Of a stretch of DNA of 64,000 nucleotides, positions 61,835 through 64,000 are shown piece after piece (position 1 is the first letter of the stretch; every line of letters begins with the position of its first letter). The position numbers and the translations under genes were made by a program. This DNA is from Octopus sinensis. Taxonomy: Eukaryota. The notes beneath the pieces are model-generated. The model ran no database searches. It had not been told where the DNA came from and was given only the letters and a program-made list of their open reading frames with translations. The stretch spans positions 107,570,001 to 107,634,000 of the forward strand of contig NC_042997.1 in NCBI RefSeq assembly GCF_006345805.1, in the 5' to 3' direction.

Positions 61835-64000
61835 AAGAATGGATAGCATGGTACCATAGGCTGCAGGTAATAAGCTCGCTATGCATGTAAGACTCCAGGA
61901 ACTCCAACAAAACCTGCAATAAAGAGAAATAATAATAATAGTCAGAGGGTACAGAAAATGAATGCACAGAGAATGGAAGGCAATGGATCTGTTTGAAATT
62001 ACTGAACAGAGATTATGTGACCAAGCAAGAGCAATATGAAAGAATGAATGGTTAACAGAATTGGAGCTAGAAGCTGTTAAAAGAAAGATGATGGGTGATG
62101 CTGGGCATATAAAAAACATAAGTGGTATAGTGGAAGAGATGGACAAGTGTTTGCAAGAATATGCAATCATGAAATGTAAAAGAATTGAGATCAGTGACGA
62201 CCTAAACAATGAAGACCAATTGATAATAAACAGGATTTCGGATCTTTTAAGTACAGAAGGGGCAGAATTTATGTGCGACTTTAAGAATGCTAACCAATGG
62301 AGACTAAATCAAAATACAAGTAAAGTTAATAATGTATTGAGACAAATTGAAACAAAGAACATCTTATTAACGAATAATCTCATCAAGGTTGCAAATAGGA
62401 TTTTGGAAGAAAGGATGGGACTGAGAACTATTGAGAACAGAACATCAACGGAGAGAAGATGAAAGAAACAACATTGGTAGAAAGGGAGAATTTCCGAAGA
62501 TATAAACTCCCTGAACAGTGTGGGGTCAATACTTGTCAGGAAAAGAAATGGAGAACTGAAGAATGATAGCAACTTCCAAAAAGTGAGGGACAAGCATGGT
62601 GTAGATACAAAAAGCCTGAATATTGTAATTGAAGAACTGAAGCAGCGCATACACGCAAAAAAAGCAAAGCTAACCGGGTTTGAACAACAGGTTAAGCAAT
62701 ACCAGCAAAACAAATTGTTTAGAACCAACCAAAAAAGATTTTATCAAGAGATTAATGATGATAAGAAACGTGAAAGATTAGTCCCTGATGCTGGTGAAAG
62801 TCGACTTTATGAGGGTAAGATATGGAGTAAGCAAGAACAACATAATACTGCAGCTGAATGGCTCTGCAGCCTGAAGCAAACAGCTTCTTATCTCCAGCAA
62901 GAGGCTATCCACTTCACAGAAGACAATATCAGAAATATGAGTAAAAAAATGAGCAATTGGAGAGCAGCAGAACCTGATGGTTTTGAGGGATTTTGGATCA
63001 AAAAGTTCAGTAATTGCCATAAATTGACTGCAGAGCAATTTAATGCATTGATTGATGGAGAAGAAGAAATCCTAGGTTGATAGAAAAAATGATGGATGGT
63101 ACTGTGTCTAAAGAATGCATCAAAAGGAAATACTGCTGACAATTTCTTGCCTTCCATTAATGTAAAAGTTACTGTCAGGAGGAATTGCAGAAGATAATGC
63201 AAGATTGTAAATGAAGAACAAATCTGGGAATGGCCTGGGTTGACTACTGCAAAGCTTATGATATAATTCCACTTTCATGGACCATTGAAAGCTTAAATCT
63301 GTTTGGAATTGAGAGGAATGTATTTCCTGAAGAGAAGTATGGTGGGGTGGAAAACTGAATTGACATCCTATGGAAAAAGTTTGGGCACCCTGGACACCAG
63401 AAGAGGGATTTCCCAGGGTGATAGCTTATCTCTGTTGCTTTTTGTTCTCTGCATGATCCCTCTGACCTTGGTACATAGGAAAATGAACCTGGGATATCAG
63501 CTAAAGGGAAAATCCCAAACAACCAATCACCTCCTCTTCATGGATGATTTGAAACTGTGGAAAGGATGAGGCACAAGTGAGTTCCTTGGTAAACACAGTC
63601 CCCTGTTTTAGTGCTGATATTAGAAAGGAATTTGGATCCAAGAAGTGTGGAATAATCAACCTAAAAAGAGGCAAGATACAGTTCCTAGCAGGGATAGAAT
63701 TACCAAATAGAGAACTGATTAAACAAATTGAAATGGAAGGCGACAAATACCTTGGTGTACCAGAGTTCAATGAAATAATGGAGAAGGGAATGAATGGGCA
63801 ACTGAGGATGGAATATTTCCAATGACTAAAATTAGTGTTGCACTCAAAATTGACTGGGTGGAATAAAATCCAAGCAGTTAATACATGGGCAATAGCATCA
63901 CTTTGGTATGGAGCTGGAATTATAAAATGGCAAAAGGATGAACTGATGAAAATGGATACAAAGACAAGAAAAATGTGGACAGTGCATGGAACCTTCCACT
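61835..64000 (+). mobile_element. R4/Dong-clade LINE, N-terminal region plus RT, degenerate, running off the window end
   Basis: EELKQRIHAKKAKL..FEQ..KQYQQNKLF.TNQKRFY, WRAAEPDG.EGFWIKKF, RRGISQGDSLSLLLF, HLLFMDDLKL, YLGV motifs. Confidence 0.85.

Overview
Eukaryotic, AT-rich, microsatellite-saturated genomic DNA. It is most likely an octopus (coleoid cephalopod), inferred from the SINE families and the (TA)/(TACA)/(CA)/(TAA) repeat density as I recall them, not from a database search. No prokaryotic features or CRISPR arrays are present. The only host gene I can support is the 3' part of a six-EF-hand calbindin-32/calretinin-family gene on the + strand: three coding exons (2170-2226, 22138-22209, 23178-23330), a 19.9-kb intron and a candidate 30-nt cassette microexon. 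Almost everything else is transposon-derived: R4/Dong-clade RLE LINEs, RTE, CR1, Penelope-like, Gypsy, hAT, Tc1, mariner, Helitron-like and SINE remnants. There is also one near-full-length CR1-type LINE (49016-52956) whose intact ORF1 combines a Myb/SANT trihelix-like domain with a CCCH zinc finger. Most notable observations: (1) a tandem array of a 633-nt unit carrying a 144-nt hairpin with regularly spaced tandem G-A mismatches and a GCGAAAGC cap, favoured on one strand only (Crypton-like); (2) a 550-nt element inserted twice with identical ends into (TATG)n; (3) two RLE-LINE groups associated with different microsatellites, (TACA)n versus (TAA)n; (4) several large fold-back structures, one about 250 nt after the stop codon; (5) a LINE/SINE pair sharing a 3' stem-loop tail. 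Most short ORFs in the supplied track are microsatellite artefacts.
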